The notes beneath the pieces were generated by a model. The model saw only the letters and a list, made by a program, of their open reading frames with translations. It ran no database searches and was not told where the DNA came from. Made by a program: the position numbers and the translations under genes. From positions 262,361 through 326,360 of the forward strand of contig CAVXTN010000005.1 of the NCBI GenBank assembly GCA_963764745.1: DNA of 64,000 nt. The letters are read 5' to 3'. This stretch comes from Candidatus Aminicenantes bacterium. Lineage in GTDB: Bacteria; Acidobacteriota; Aminicenantia; UBA2199. This document shows positions 17,710 to 27,656 of this stretch, in pieces. How positions within the stretch are numbered: the stretch's first letter is position 1; each line of letters starts with the position of its first letter.

Positions 17710-18468
17710 CTACCAGGACCCGGAGGCGCCGCCGCCGCCGGACCTGCCGCCGCCGCCCGAAAAACCACCCCGGCCACCGCCACCGCCGCCGCGGCCGCCG
17801 GAGAGAATGGAAAACAGCAAATAAATGGCCAGCGACGGATTGGTGATCAAAAGCAGCAAAAAGCCCAATATACCGATGCCGATCAGGATCTTTTCGGTCA
17901 TGGTCAGGGGCCGGGCCGGTACGGGTCCGCCGTCGGTCTCACCCTGGCCGCCGCCGGCCGCGCCCTCGCCGGAAATGATCCGGATCAAGCGGTCGACCGC
18001 GGCCGTCACGGCGCCGTCGTTGTCCCCCTTTTGCAGCCGCGGCACCAGCTCGTCGTTGATCACGCGCGAGGCCATGGCGTCGGGGACCACGCCTTCCAGC
18101 CCGTAGCCGACCTCGATGCGGACGCGGTGGTCGGCGGCCATGACGATCAGGGCCAGCCCGTCATCCAGTTCCTTGCGCCCGACCCGCCAGGACTCGAACG
18201 CCTTCACCGCCCAATCTTCGATCGGGACATCGCCCGTGGTCTTGCCGATATAGACGACGATCTGGTGACCGCTGCTCCGTTCATATTCCTGCAGGCGGGC
18301 GTCCAGCCGCTCGGCCGCCTGCGGCGAGAGCAGCCCGGCCGTATCGGTGAGCCAGCGCTGCGGGGGGGCGGGAATGGCCGCGCCCGCGTCGGCCGCCGCG
18401 CAGACCGGCAGGGCCAGGGCGAGCAGCGCCCCGGCCAGAGCCAGGGAAAATAAATGCCGCGCTTTCAC
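17710..18468 (-). CDS. TPM-domain membrane protein (YgcG-like) with Gly-rich C-terminal tail
   Basis: 252-aa ORF with a signal peptide, a TPM domain (HQIVVYIGKTTG ... LALIVMAADHRVRIEVGYGLEG), a C-terminal TM helix and the tail GGRGGGGGGRGGFSGGGGRSGGGGASGSW. Confidence 0.8.
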   Translation of the reverse strand: MKARHLFSLALAGALLALALPVCAAADAGAAIPAPPQRWLTDTAGLLSPQAAERLDARLQEYERSSGHQIVVYIGKTTGDVPIEDWAVKAFESWRVGRKELDDGLALIVMAADHRVRIEVGYGLEGVVPDAMASRVINDELVPRLQKGDNDGAVTAAVDRLIRIISGEGAAGGGQGETDGGPVPARPLTMTEKILIGIGILGFLLLLITNPSLAIYLLFSILSGGRGGGGGGRGGFSGGGGRSGGGGASGSW

Positions 18469-18471
18469 TGA

Positions 18472-19077
18472 CTAGAATTGGACCTTGGGCGCGGTCTCCG
18501 CCCCGGCCTGGGACTTGAAATAGGCCTTTTCCTGGTAGCGCGAGCCCAGGAAACCGGCGATGATCACGGTGGGGAAGCTCATCCTCTTGGTGTTGAAGGC
18601 TTGCGCCGCCTCGTTGAAGCGCATGCGCTCGACGGCGATGCGGTTCTCGGTCCCTTCCAGCTGCACCTGCAGGTCGCGGAAATTCTGCGTGGCCTTCAGG
18701 TCGGGATATTTTTCCACAACCACCATCAGGCGCGACAGGGCCTGGGAAAGACCGTCCTGGGCCTGTTGGAACTTGGCGAAGGCCGCCGGATCGCTGGCCG
18801 GGTTGTTGCCCAGCTGGATCTGGCCGACCTTGGCGCGGGCCTCGGTCACCTGGGTAAAGGTGTCCTTTTCGAAGGCGGCGGCTCCCTTGACGGTCTCCAC
18901 CAGGTTGGGGATAAGGTCGGCGCGCCGCTGGTAGGCGTTCTCCACCTGCGCCCACTGCGAAGTCGTTTTCTGGTCCAGGGAGACCAGGCTATTGTAGGTG
19001 CCCATCAGCCAAATCCCCAGGATCAGCACCAGCAGGACCACTACTCCCAGGCAGCCAAGCATTACTTTTTTGGACAT
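18472..19077 (-). CDS. lemA: LemA family protein
   Basis: ORF trimmed to the ATG at 19077 (MSKKVMLGCLG...), which is preceded by GGAGGAG. It has an N-terminal TM helix and the LemA core (YNSLVSLDQKTTSQWAQVENAYQRRADLIPNLV). Confidence 0.9.
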   Translation of the reverse strand: MSKKVMLGCLGVVVLLVLILGIWLMGTYNSLVSLDQKTTSQWAQVENAYQRRADLIPNLVETVKGAAAFEKDTFTQVTEARAKVGQIQLGNNPASDPAAFAKFQQAQDGLSQALSRLMVVVEKYPDLKATQNFRDLQVQLEGTENRIAVERMRFNEAAQAFNTKRMSFPTVIIAGFLGSRYQEKAYFKSQAGAETAPKVQF

Positions 19078-19200
19078 GTTCGTCTCCTCCATGCGCATGA
19101 TTTGAAAAATCGAGAATATGTCAACGCGTTTATTGTAAACCGATCGTCCACCCGATGCAAGGGAAAACTCCCGCTCCGGCCTCCGGAAATGCCAAACCGG

Positions 19201-20390
19201 TCAGGGCAGGACGCCAATGCCCCGGTGCTTGGCCTCGATGGCCGCGGCCAGGCCGTCCAGGGCCTGGTAATCCTTTTCCAGAGGGTAGCCCTTGACCAGG
19301 ACCGGGTCCAGCAGCTCGAGCTTGAGGTTGCCCAGGGAGGCCAGCAGGTTCTCCACCATTTTCCCGCCCCAGCCGTACGAACCGATGATGGCGGCGAATT
19401 TCAGCTTCGGCCGCAGGGCGTTGGCCAGAAAAGCCGCGTGGGCGACGGCCGGGTGCGCTCCGGCCAGGACCGTGGGCGAAGCCAGGACCACGGTGCTGGC
19501 GTCCAGCAGCTCCATGGCCAGGTCCGCCGATGTCGGTCTGGATCAGGTTGAAAGGCATGACGGTGATGTTGCGGCGGATCAGCGCACCGGTCAGATATTC
19601 CACCATTTCCCGGGTGCTGCCGTGCATGGATACGAACGGGATCAGCACCAGGTTCCGGGTCGTTTCCGAGGCCCAATCCCGGTAGGCGTCGAGGATGAAA
19701 GCCGGCCGCGGGTACACCGCGCCGTGGCTGGGGGCAATGATCTTGATCGGCAGCCCCTGCAGCTTTTCCAGGTGCTTGCGGATCTGGATGCGGAAGGGCA
19801 TCATGATCTCGGCAAAATAGCGCTTGGCGGCATGATAGCCGCGGCATCTCATCGTTGAGCAGAGGATGGCTTTGCGTCAGGTGGGCCCCCAGGAAATCGC
19901 AGCTGAAAAGCACCTTGTCTTCCCGCAGGTAGGTGAGCATGGTTTCCGGCCAGTGCACCCAGGGCGCGAATATGAATTCCAGGGTCTTGCCCCCCAGGTC
20001 CAGCTTCTGGCCGTCGCTCACGGTCTGGAATCTGTTCCCGGGAAGCAGCAGCAGGTCCATGAGCATGGCCTTGCACTTCTCGTTGGTCACCACCACGGCC
20101 TGGGGATAGATCTCCAGGATCGTGCCCAGGGAACCGGAATGGTCCTGCTCGGCATGCTGGCTGACGACGTAGTCGATGCGGGTCACCCCGGCTTCCTGCA
20201 AATTTTCGAGCAGTTCCCCGGTTTTGCCGGGATCGACCGTGTCGATCAGCGCCACCTTGTCGCCGCCCCGGACCAGGTAGGCATTGTAGGTGGTGCCTTC
20301 GGGCAGGGGGATCAGTTCATCGAAAAGGCGCCGGTCCCAATCCAGGGCGCCCACGCATGTGATGTTTTTTGCGATTTCAATCGCCGCCAT
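19201..20390 (-). pseudogene. Flavodiiron protein (metallo-beta-lactamase plus flavodoxin domains), two +1 frame breaks
   Basis: Three consecutive fragments. [25 protein letters not shown]...HAEQDHSG...LTQSHPLLNDE is in ORF 19401..20594. YHAAKRYFAEIMMPF...NLIQTDIG is in ORF 19130..19852. MELLDASTVVLASPT...IGSYGWGG is in ORF 19201..19515. The upper ends mod 3 are 2, 1, 0. Confidence 0.85.
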
Positions 20391-20604
20391 GTTTCCTCCA
20401 GGTGAAGCGGCCGGTCCGGCGCTGGAAACGGGCGTCAGGTCCGTCAGCCATGGCCTCGAAGGCGTCCTTGCCGGCTCCGCAGACCGGGCAGACCCAGTCT
20501 TCGGGAAGATCTTCAAACGCGGTCCCGGGCTTGATCCCGGAATCGGGATCGCCGTCCGCGGGGTTGTACACGTAACCGCAAACGCTGCATACAAATTTCT
20601 TCAT
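20377..20604 (-). CDS. Rubredoxin (with about 20-aa C-terminal extension)
   Basis: [50 protein letters not shown] carries both CxxC pairs. The tail beyond the usual end overlaps the flavodiiron gene start by 14 nt. Confidence 0.9.
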   Translation of the reverse strand: MKKFVCSVCGYVYNPADGDPDSGIKPGTAFEDLPEDWVCPVCGAGKDAFEAMADGPDARFQRRTGRFTWRKHGGD

Positions 20605-20705
20605 CTCAGCCCTCCTTGGGTTTTCAAAGAACGAAAACCACGACCGCCCCGTGTCATCGTGCCAGGAATTATAAAAACAAAACCGCCAAAAGTCAACGCC
20701 GCGCT

Positions 20706-21476
20706 TCAGCCGCCTTCCAGAACCTTGATCATCTTGATGATCTCCGCTTTCTGGGCATCGTCACGGGCTTTGCCCAGCGCCAGCTCCAGGTTGTCCAGGG
20801 CTTTTTTCTTGTCCCCCAGTTTGGACAGGACCCGGGCGCTGTTGATCAGGTAAGCGGGATCGGCAACGACGGCCAAGCCGAGCGCCTTTTCGAAATTTTC
20901 CAGCGCTTCCTCGGGCTTGTTCAGGTTTTCCAGGGCCACGCCCTTCAGGTTGTAGAGCGGCGCGAAGCGCCGGTTGAACAACAATCCTTTTTCGGCATAG
21001 CGCAGGGCCGCGTCGTACTTTTCGAATTTGATCTCCAGCACCGCCAGGTTGGCAAAAGCGTTTTCCGGGGTCAGGTATTCATCGGCGTTGGCCGCCACCA
21101 GCAATTTTTCCTTGGCCTGCTGGTAATTGCCCTGTTCGGTGTACACCGTGCCCAGCAGATTGTAGGCGTCATAGAACTTCGGGTTGATCAGGATCAGGCG
21201 GTTCAGCGTGTCAATGGCTTTGGCGAAATCCCGCCGGTAGGCATAGACCAGCCCCAAAGCGTTCAGGGCCGGGACATAGCGCGGGTTCTTTTGCAGCGCT
21301 TCCAGCAGCGATGTTTCCGCCAGGTCCAGACGGCCGTCATTGAGGTGCTGCACGCCCTGGTTGGCCAGGTATTCGGCCGACCCCGGCCGCATCTGGCCCG
21401 GGGCCGTGCGCGGCTTGCCGCCGCCGCAGGCCAGGAATGCCGTCATCACCAGCAGACAGAGATATTTCTTTTTCAT
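20706..21476 (-). CDS. TPR-repeat lipoprotein
   Basis: Intact 256-aa ORF with lipobox [19 protein letters not shown] followed by multiple TPR units. Its ATG overlaps the stop of the upstream cyclase gene (ATGA). Confidence 0.85.
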   Translation of the reverse strand: MKKKYLCLLVMTAFLACGGGKPRTAPGQMRPGSAEYLANQGVQHLNDGRLDLAETSLLEALQKNPRYVPALNALGLVYAYRRDFAKAIDTLNRLILINPKFYDAYNLLGTVYTEQGNYQQAKEKLLVAANADEYLTPENAFANLAVLEIKFEKYDAALRYAEKGLLFNRRFAPLYNLKGVALENLNKPEEALENFEKALGLAVVADPAYLINSARVLSKLGDKKKALDNLELALGKARDDAQKAEIIKMIKVLEGG

Positions 21477-23035
21477 ATTGCCCCCTTATGTCCCTTGACC
21501 CGGTACACCTTCAGCGGCTTGGATATGCCCGTCAATTTTTTTTCTCCCAGCGAATCGAACTCGAACTGCTTCGCGGGTCGCCTGATAGGTCTGCTCGGAT
21601 ACGGCGATCTCGTCGCAGCCGGCCACCGCCGATTCCAGGCGGGAGGCGATGTTGACGGTATTGCCCAGGACGGTGTAGTCCAGCCGCTTGGGCGAACCGA
21701 AATCGCCGGAGATCAGCTTGCCGGAATGGATGCCGATGCGGACCTTGATCTGGCTCTTCGGCCGGCATCTGGGCTGTTGAGCTCGCGCAGCTTCTCCATC
21801 ATTTCCAGGGCGGTGACGATGGCCATCTCGGCATGGTTGGCGAATTCCAGGGGAATGCCGAACACGGCCATGATCCCGTCGCCGATGAACTTGTCCAGGG
21901 TGCCGTTGTGCTTGAAGATGATCTCGGTCATTTCGCTGAAAAAATTGTTCAGGAACATGCCCACTTCGATGGGGGTCATCTTTTCCGCCCGCGAGGTGAA
22001 CTTGACGATGTCCATGAACAGGACCGAGGCTTCCGATTCCCGGTAGGGCATGAGCTCGCTGCTGTTGCTGTCCTGGAACTCCATCAGCCGCGAGACCACG
22101 GCCGGCGAGTGGTACCTCTCCAGGCGCGCGCGCAGCCGCCGCTCGCGGTTCAGTTTTTCCAGGCTGTTGATCCCCTCGATGGAGAAGCCGGCGAAGTTGG
22201 CGATGATGGACATGATCTCGAGGTCCTTTTCGCCGAACACCTGGGAAAAGCTCGTCGTGTCGACGTAGATCAGGCCGTAGATGGAATCCTTGGTCCAGAT
22301 GGGGACCGATATGGCGGAATTGATGCCGTACATGATGACGCTGTTGGAGCTGTCGAAACGGGAATCGTTGCGCGTGTTGGAGGAGAGAATGGCCACTTTT
22401 TCATGGATGGCCTTCAGGGCGATGGTCTTGGAAATATTGACGATATCGTCCTTCTGCCCCTGCATGAAATAGGTGTACTTGAGGTGGATGTCGTTCTGTT
22501 TTTCGTCATAGTAAAAAATGAATATTTTTTCGGGGTGGACGAACTTGAAAATCAGGTCGCCGAGCTTTTGAAAATTCTCCTCGATGTCCTGGGAAGCGAT
22601 CAGGCTCTTGCCCAGGGCGGTCAGGGAAGCCAGAAAATTCGGTTCCTCGCTCTTCAGCTTCGGCTTGTTTTCCGCCTTGACCAGCTCGTCCACGGGAAGG
22701 ACCAGCGAGATCTTCTGGTCGTCGGAATCGCGGTAGCTTTCCCCCTTGCCGACCGACAGGAAAATGAGCGTGGTCCGGCCGATGGTGATCTTGTCGCCGA
22801 CGTCCAGGGACTTGGAGCGGACGCGCCGGCCGTTGACGTAGCAGCCGTTGGTGCTGTTCATGTCGGCCAGCTTGTAGCACTTGCCCGCGCGCTGCAAACG
22901 GCAATGCTGGCGGGATACCGTGTTGTCTTTCAGTTCGATGTCATTTTCGGGAAGCTTGCCGATGACCACCAGGTCCTTGGTCAGGTAAAAGACCTTGCGT
23001 TCATCATCGGCCATGTATTCTAATTTAAATTCCAT
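21473..23035 (-). pseudogene. FHA-GAF-class III adenylate/guanylate cyclase, about three +1 frame breaks near the 3' end
   Basis: The N-terminal 420 aa are intact in ORF 21713..23677, starting from MEFKLEYMADDERKVFYL. This part holds the FHA domain (VSRQHCRLQ...STNGCYVNG), a GAF domain and the cyclase start (ASVLFMDIVKFT...GDGIMAVFG). The cyclase continues in other frames: IKVRIGIHSGKLISGDFGSPKRLDYTVLGNTVNIASRLES, then FEFDSLGEKKLTGISKPLKVYRVKG. An alternative start is at 23014. Confidence 0.85.
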
Positions 23036-24033
23036 TCGTTCTTCAGGCTCCTTTTCATCAGGTCGCTGATGGCCTGGCGCACGTCCTTGCCGGCAAAAAG
23101 CACCTGGTGGACTTCCCGGGAGATCGGCATGTCGATGGCCAGCTTGCCGGCAAGCAGATGGATCGCCTTGGTGGTTTCGACGCCCTCGGCCACCATGGGC
23201 GTCGATTTTTCGACCACGGCCAGCGACTCGCCCAGGGCGATCTTCCTGCCCAGCTGAAAATTGCGCGACAGGCTGCCGAAACAGGTCAGCATCAGGTCGC
23301 CGATGCCGCCCAGGCCCCAGAAAGTTTCCGCCTTGGCCCCCAGGCGGATGCCCAGGCGCGATATTTCCATGTTGGCCCGGGTCACCAGCGAGGCCGTGGT
23401 GTTGAAACCGTAGCCCAGGCCGTTGATCATGCCCGAGGCGATGGCCATCACATTTTTCAGCGCCCCGGCGACTTCCAGCCCGCGCAGGTCGCCGGAGCGG
23501 TAGATGCGCAGGACCGACGATGAAAAACGGCCCTGCATCCGTTCGCAGCAGCTCTTCGTTGTCCGAAGCGGCGACCACGGCGGTGGGATGCCGCATGGCC
23601 AGTTCGCGGGCGAAAGAGGGGCCGGAAAGGGTGAGCCACTGCCGCGAGATTTCCGGAGCGAAAGCCTCGGCCGCCACCTGGGATATGGTTTTCAGCGAAT
23701 CGGATTCGAAGCCCTTGGAAAGATTGACCAGGACGTGCTGCGTGCCGCAGGACGGGTTTCAAGCGCAGCATCACCGCGCGGATGAATTTCGACGGCACGG
23801 CCAGGACCCAGGACATCGGCCCGGGCGGCTTCCTTCTCCAGGTCGGAACAGGCTTCCAGATTTTTCGCCAATTCGATCCCGGGCAGGAAAACCTTGTTCT
23901 CCCGGGTGGAATTGATGGCCGCGCCGACCTCTTTTTCCCTGACCCAGATCCTGACTTTTTTCTCCCGGCGCGCCAGGTAGTCGGCGAAGGCCGTGCCCCA
24001 CGAACCGCCGCCGATGACCAGTATCTTATCCAT
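23020..24033 (-). pseudogene. gpsA: Glycerol-3-phosphate dehydrogenase [NAD(P)+], three +1 frame breaks
   Basis: Four fragments follow each other. They are MDKILVIGGGSWGTAFADYLA... (24033), VLAVPSKFIRAVMLRLKPVL (frame of 24131), QHVLVNLSKGFE...LSGPSFARELAMRHPTAVVAAS (frame of 23677) and RFSSSVLRIYRSGDLRGLEVAGALKNVMAIASG... (23538). The upper ends mod 3 are 0, 2, 1, 0. Confidence 0.85.
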
Positions 24034-24627
24034 TTTTGCGGAAAGCTGAATTTGTTTTCATTGCCCGCCAGCAGGCGCAGGATGTTGGCGCGGTGGCGAA
24101 ATACGATCAGCAGCAGCATGAGAAACACCACCAGCGACGCTTCCGCAACCTGGGTGAACAGGATGCAAAAAAACAGCGCCGTCGTGCCCAGCAGCGAGCC
24201 GAGGGAAACATAGCGGCGTCAGCCAGAGGCTCAGGAAAAAAACAGCCAAAAATACCAGCAGGGCCGGATAATAAAAGACCAGGAAAATGCCGACCAGGGA
24301 ACCCACGCCCTTGCCGCCGCGGAATTTCAGGAAAACCGGGAAGACATGGCCCAGAAGCACGGCCAGGCCGCCCAGCAGGACGATCCAGGGCAGGTCGAAA
24401 TGGATGCGGCCGTAGATGATCGGCAGCGCGCCTTTGCCGATATCCAGCGCCAGGGTCGCCAGGCCGGCCAGTTTGCCCTTGCTGCGCAGCACGTTGGTGG
24501 CCCCGATGTTGCCGCTGCCCGTGGCGCGGATATCCTTGCCTTCGCTGAAATAAAAAATCAGGTAGCCGAAAGGGATGGAGCCCAGCAGGTAGGAACAAAC
24601 GATAAAAAAAATCTCATGACTGGACAA
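24026..24627 (-). pseudogene. plsY: Glycerol-3-phosphate acyltransferase PlsY, one or two +1 frame breaks; 3' end uncertain
   Basis: TTG start at 24627 after GAAGGAG. SSHEIFFIVCSYLLGSIPFGYLI...RATGSGNIGATN...FLKFRGGKGV runs to about 24212. It continues one frame over as YVSLGSLLGTTALFFCILF...FRHRANILRLLAGNENK. The natural stop is probably the TAA at 24026-24028, in the next frame. Confidence 0.8.
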
Positions 24628-25175
24628 GGGCGAATCTCCTTCAATTCGCTGTAGACGGGACCGGACGGCAGCAGGCGGCTGGCATAGAGCTGAAAGGCGT
24701 CGACCGGGCATTCGCAGAGGAAGAGGTCCTGCTTTTCGGCCAGCAGGGCGAACAGCGCCGCGAAATCGGCGCGCGCCTTGTTGCGCCCCAGGGTCAGGTG
24801 CGGCTGGAAGGGACGCGTATCCCGGGCGATGCCCAGCGGCAAAAGGGCTTCTTCGATGCCGTTGAACAAGGCCAGCAGGCCCGGATTGTCCTCCACCCCG
24901 GCCCAGAAGATTTTCAGGTCTTCGCCGTCGGGGAATTTGCCGAAGCCGCTAAAACGCAGGCGAAAGGGGGCAACGGCGATCCTTGCCGCCGCCAGGGTCG
25001 CGGCGACCCGCGCCACCATCTTCTCGTCCACCTCGCCGATGAATTTCAAGGTCAGATGGATGTTGCCGCTTTCGGTCCAGCGGATGGAAGCGCCGGCCGT
25101 TTTGAAGGGCTGCGCTTGCTGGAGGATTTTCTCCCTGGCTTCCTCGGTCAGTTTGATGCCGGTAAAAATTCTCAT
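24558..25175 (-). CDS. thpR: RNA 2',3'-cyclic phosphodiesterase (2H phosphoesterase, ThpR/LigT)
   Basis: 205-aa ORF with both H-x-T-x motifs (HLTLKF, HLTLGR). The last ~25 aa overlap plsY by 70 nt. An extra base near 24617-24650 would move the stop to 24614, so the true 3' end is uncertain. Confidence 0.8.
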   Translation of the reverse strand: MRIFTGIKLTEEAREKILQQAQPFKTAGASIRWTESGNIHLTLKFIGEVDEKMVARVAATLAAARIAVAPFRLRFSGFGKFPDGEDLKIFWAGVEDNPGLLALFNGIEEALLPLGIARDTRPFQPHLTLGRNKARADFAALFALLAEKQDLFLCECPVDAFQLYASRLLPSGPVYSELKEIRPCPVMRFFLSFVPTCWAPSLSAT

Positions 25176-25283
25176 CAGCGCAATTATAATGGAACTCTCC
25201 CCCTTAGTAAATAGCGCGGCCGCTTTTGGCGGCGGCGCGGGAAGCCGCCGGGATGAAAGCGGGATCGCAAATATAGTGAATAA

Positions 25284-25586
25284 TTAAAAAATGCAGTTTT
25301 CCATCGCCTTGCTGCCGTTTCCAGGATCGTCGTTTCGCAGCTCAAGTTGAGCCGCCGGCCGGATTGTCCTGAATGCGTACGCATCGAGTTGAAGCCTTTG
25401 CTCGACAGCTTCAAGGACTGCCGGGATGTTTTTCGCATCGCCTTGTTCGCCAATGACCAGGAAGTGGCCAGCTTGGGTGATTTCGGGGGGCGGAAGCGGG
25501 CGGATCAATTCGCCAACGCCGGTTGAGCTTGCCCCTCCAGAGCCAGGCACAGAACCGCCGCGGCGGTTCGAGCTGCGCCTTTTCAA
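25284..25586 (-). CDS. Hypothetical protein (weak call)
   Basis: 100-aa ORF in an otherwise unassigned 500-bp gap. It has an Arg/Gly-rich N-terminus and no recognisable family. Confidence 0.25.
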   Translation of the reverse strand: MKRRSSNRRGGSVPGSGGASSTGVGELIRPLPPPEITQAGHFLVIGEQGDAKNIPAVLEAVEQRLQLDAYAFRTIRPAAQLELRNDDPGNGSKAMENCIF

Positions 25587-25679
25587 CGCCAGGCCAGCTG
25601 CTGCAAACCCAGGCCGTGCAGCTGATTTTCTGATGAGATAATTGAATAAAACTCGTATGTAATCAGACAGGAGGAAAAG

Positions 25680-26569
25680 ATGAAAAAAGTGATTTTGACG
25701 ATCATCATGCTGATGATCGGCATGGGTCCGGCCAATGGCAGAAATTGACCCTGCTCGCCCCCAACGGCGGGGAAAGCATGATCAGCGGCTCGCCGCAGAC
25801 CATCACCTGGAGTTATAGCGGCTTGACCGGCAATGAAGACCATGCTGATCTTCCTGGAAGGGCACCGGTCGACATTTTCACCGAGGCTCCGTCACCTACT
25901 GCAAGGTGTCGCAGGGATCCTTTCACTGGCCGGCCGGGAAAAAAATGGAAGGCACGTTCGCCAAGCCGGCCAACGACTACTATGATCATCATTGAACTCG
26001 TGGGAAAATGACGGCATCTCCGACATGAGCGACGCGGCTTTCACCATCACCGGCTCGTCCCCAACATTTCGCTGATGGCGCCCAACGGCGGCGAAGCCCT
26101 GGGCAAGGGGATGGAAACCGACATCAATTGGTCCTTTGCCGGCAAAACCGGCTTCGTCAGCCTGATGCTGCTCAAAGACGACCTGCCGCTGGGCCTGATC
26201 GCGGACAACCTCCCGGCCTTGAGTTTCCGCTACCGCTGGCGCGTCGGGGCACCGCTGCTCAATGGCGTGACCTACCCGGGTGGCGGCAATTACCGCATCC
26301 AGATCCAATGGCGGCCGCGGCCAAGCACGGAAAAAATTGATCTGGAGGCGCCGAGATCCTCGGGCGCCGCTTCTCCCGACGTCCAGAAAAACTTCGATCG
26401 CAGCGACGGCTCGTTCAGCATCCAGGAAGCCGCCACGACCCGCAGCAGCAGCCCAAAGCCGAAAAAGAATAGCCGCCGCGGCCAGATCTCTCAAAAGACT
26501 CGCTTCCCGGCTCGGCAAAAGGCCCGGCAGTTCAAAAAAAGGCCGGTTTCCAGGCCCGCTTTTTGTTGA
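25680..26569 (+). pseudogene. Secreted protein with two APNGGE...W beta-sandwich repeat domains (Kre9/KNH-like type); first domain heavily frame-disrupted
   Basis: The signal peptide MKKVILTIIMLMIGMG is followed by domain 1 pieces in rotating frames: KLTLLAPNGGESMISGSPQTITWSYSGLTGNE, KTMLIFLE, YCKVSQGSFHWPAGKKMEGTFAKPANDYY, MIIIELVG and ENDGISDMSDAAFTITG. Domain 2 is intact in ORF 26075..26569 (ISLMAPNGGEALGKGMETDINWSFAGKTG...GGNYRIQIQ...SDGSFSIQE). Confidence 0.55.
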
Positions 26570-26602
26570 CTAATCCGCTCATCTATAATAAGATTAAGGC
26601 CC

Positions 26603-27089
26603 ATGAAGATTTTTTCAATCGTCGGGTGGTCTGGCAGCGGCAAAACCATGCTCATCACCCGCCTGATCGAAAATTTCAAGGCCAAAAAGCGAAGGGTGAT
26701 CGCCGTCAAGAGCACCCATGCCGGTTACGCGCTGCAGCCCGAGGGCAAGGACACCGCCCGTTTCCTGGCGGCCGGAGCCGACGAAGCCTACCTGCTGGCC
26801 GACAGGCGAGTTGCTGCGCATGACCCGCCTCGGCTCCGCGCAGGACCTGCTGGCTGCGCTGAAAGCCCAGCTCGGGCAGGACGACATCGTCCTGCTGGAG
26901 GGTCTCCACGAACCGGGGATCCCGGTCATCGAAGTGGAAGACCCGCGGCGGGAAAAGGCCATGAAATTCCCGCCGGAAAAATTGGCGGCCGTGATCACCA
27001 GCTCCGGCGACGGCCGCGGCCGGCCCAGTTTCCATCCCGACCAGATCGCCGCCATCGGCGCTTTTATGGAGGCATACCATGGAAAATAA
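26603..27089 (+). pseudogene. mobB: Molybdopterin-guanine dinucleotide biosynthesis adapter MobB, one +1 frame break
   Basis: MKIFSIVGWSGSGKTMLITRLIENF... (P-loop) runs to ...AYLLAD at about 26808. It then continues one frame over as GELLRMTRLGSAQDLLAALK...DIVLLEGLHEPGIPVIEV (ORF 26718..27089). Confidence 0.8.
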
Positions 27090-27243
27090 GATCGTGCTCA
27101 AGGTCAATGACCAGGTCATCGCCTTGAATCCTTTCGTGAAAAAGATCGTCAGCAGCGTGGTGCTGGGGGCGGTGCAGGCCCTGGACAAGATCCCCCAGCC
27201 CTGGTCAACGATCGAGATCACGCTGCAAGCCGAAAAAAAATAA
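27079..27243 (+). CDS. Small hypothetical protein (54 aa) between mobB and the ferredoxin gene
   Basis: Below the ORF-track size cutoff. ATG at 27079, TAA at 27241. Sequence: MENKIVLKVNDQVIALNPFVKKIVSSVVLGAVQALDKIPQPWSTIEITLQAEKK. It overlaps the mobB end by 11 nt, and its codon usage is similar to its neighbours. Confidence 0.4.
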   Translation: MENKIVLKVNDQVIALNPFVKKIVSSVVLGAVQALDKIPQPWSTIEITLQAEKK

Positions 27244-27260
27244 GGAGGCCGCCAAGCCAC

Positions 27261-27653
27261 ATGAAATATTTAAAAACCTATGCCGAAAAATGCAACGGCT
27301 GCAACATCTGCATGAGCGTGTGTTCGCAGCTATATTTCAAGGAAGACAACCCGGAAAAATCGGCGATCAAAGTATACCAAGCCGGCAAGAAGCGTTATAC
27401 CCTGAGCGTCTGCAACCAATGCCGGGATTGCGTGGCCGAATGCCCGACCCAGGCCATCACCGTGAACAAGCAGGGGGTGGTCATGATCAACAAGACCCTG
27501 TGCATCAACTGCCTGGCCTGCGTGGGCGCCTGCCCGACCTCGACCATGATGACCTACCGGGGCGGCATGGTGCCCTTCAAGTGCATCGCCTGCGACGCCT
27601 GCGCCAAGCAATGCCCGACCGGAGCCCTGAAAATCGAAGCCAAGGAGAATTGA
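27261..27653 (+). CDS. Four-cluster [4Fe-4S] ferredoxin-like electron-transfer protein
   Basis: 130 aa with four Cys motifs (CNGCNICMSVC, CNQCRDCVAECP, CINCLACVGACP, CIACDACAKQCP). GGAGG lies upstream, and the stop is 3 nt before the AOR start. Confidence 0.9.
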   Translation: MKYLKTYAEKCNGCNICMSVCSQLYFKEDNPEKSAIKVYQAGKKRYTLSVCNQCRDCVAECPTQAITVNKQGVVMINKTLCINCLACVGACPTSTMMTYRGGMVPFKCIACDACAKQCPTGALKIEAKEN

Positions 27654-27656
27654 ACC

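Noticed and set aside
19201-20604. Rubredoxin-flavodiiron fusion protein
   Set aside because: The flavodiiron gene has its own GGAGGA-ATG start at 20390 in a different frame, so there are two separate genes. The 20-aa rubredoxin tail is either natural overlap or the result of further extra bases that I could not resolve.
24558-24627. 70-nt thpR/plsY overlap as a functional overlapping-gene arrangement
   Set aside because: Given the insertion pattern elsewhere, one extra base near 24617-24650 would restore a stop at 24614 and an ordinary 14-nt overlap. I cannot distinguish the two readings from the sequence alone.
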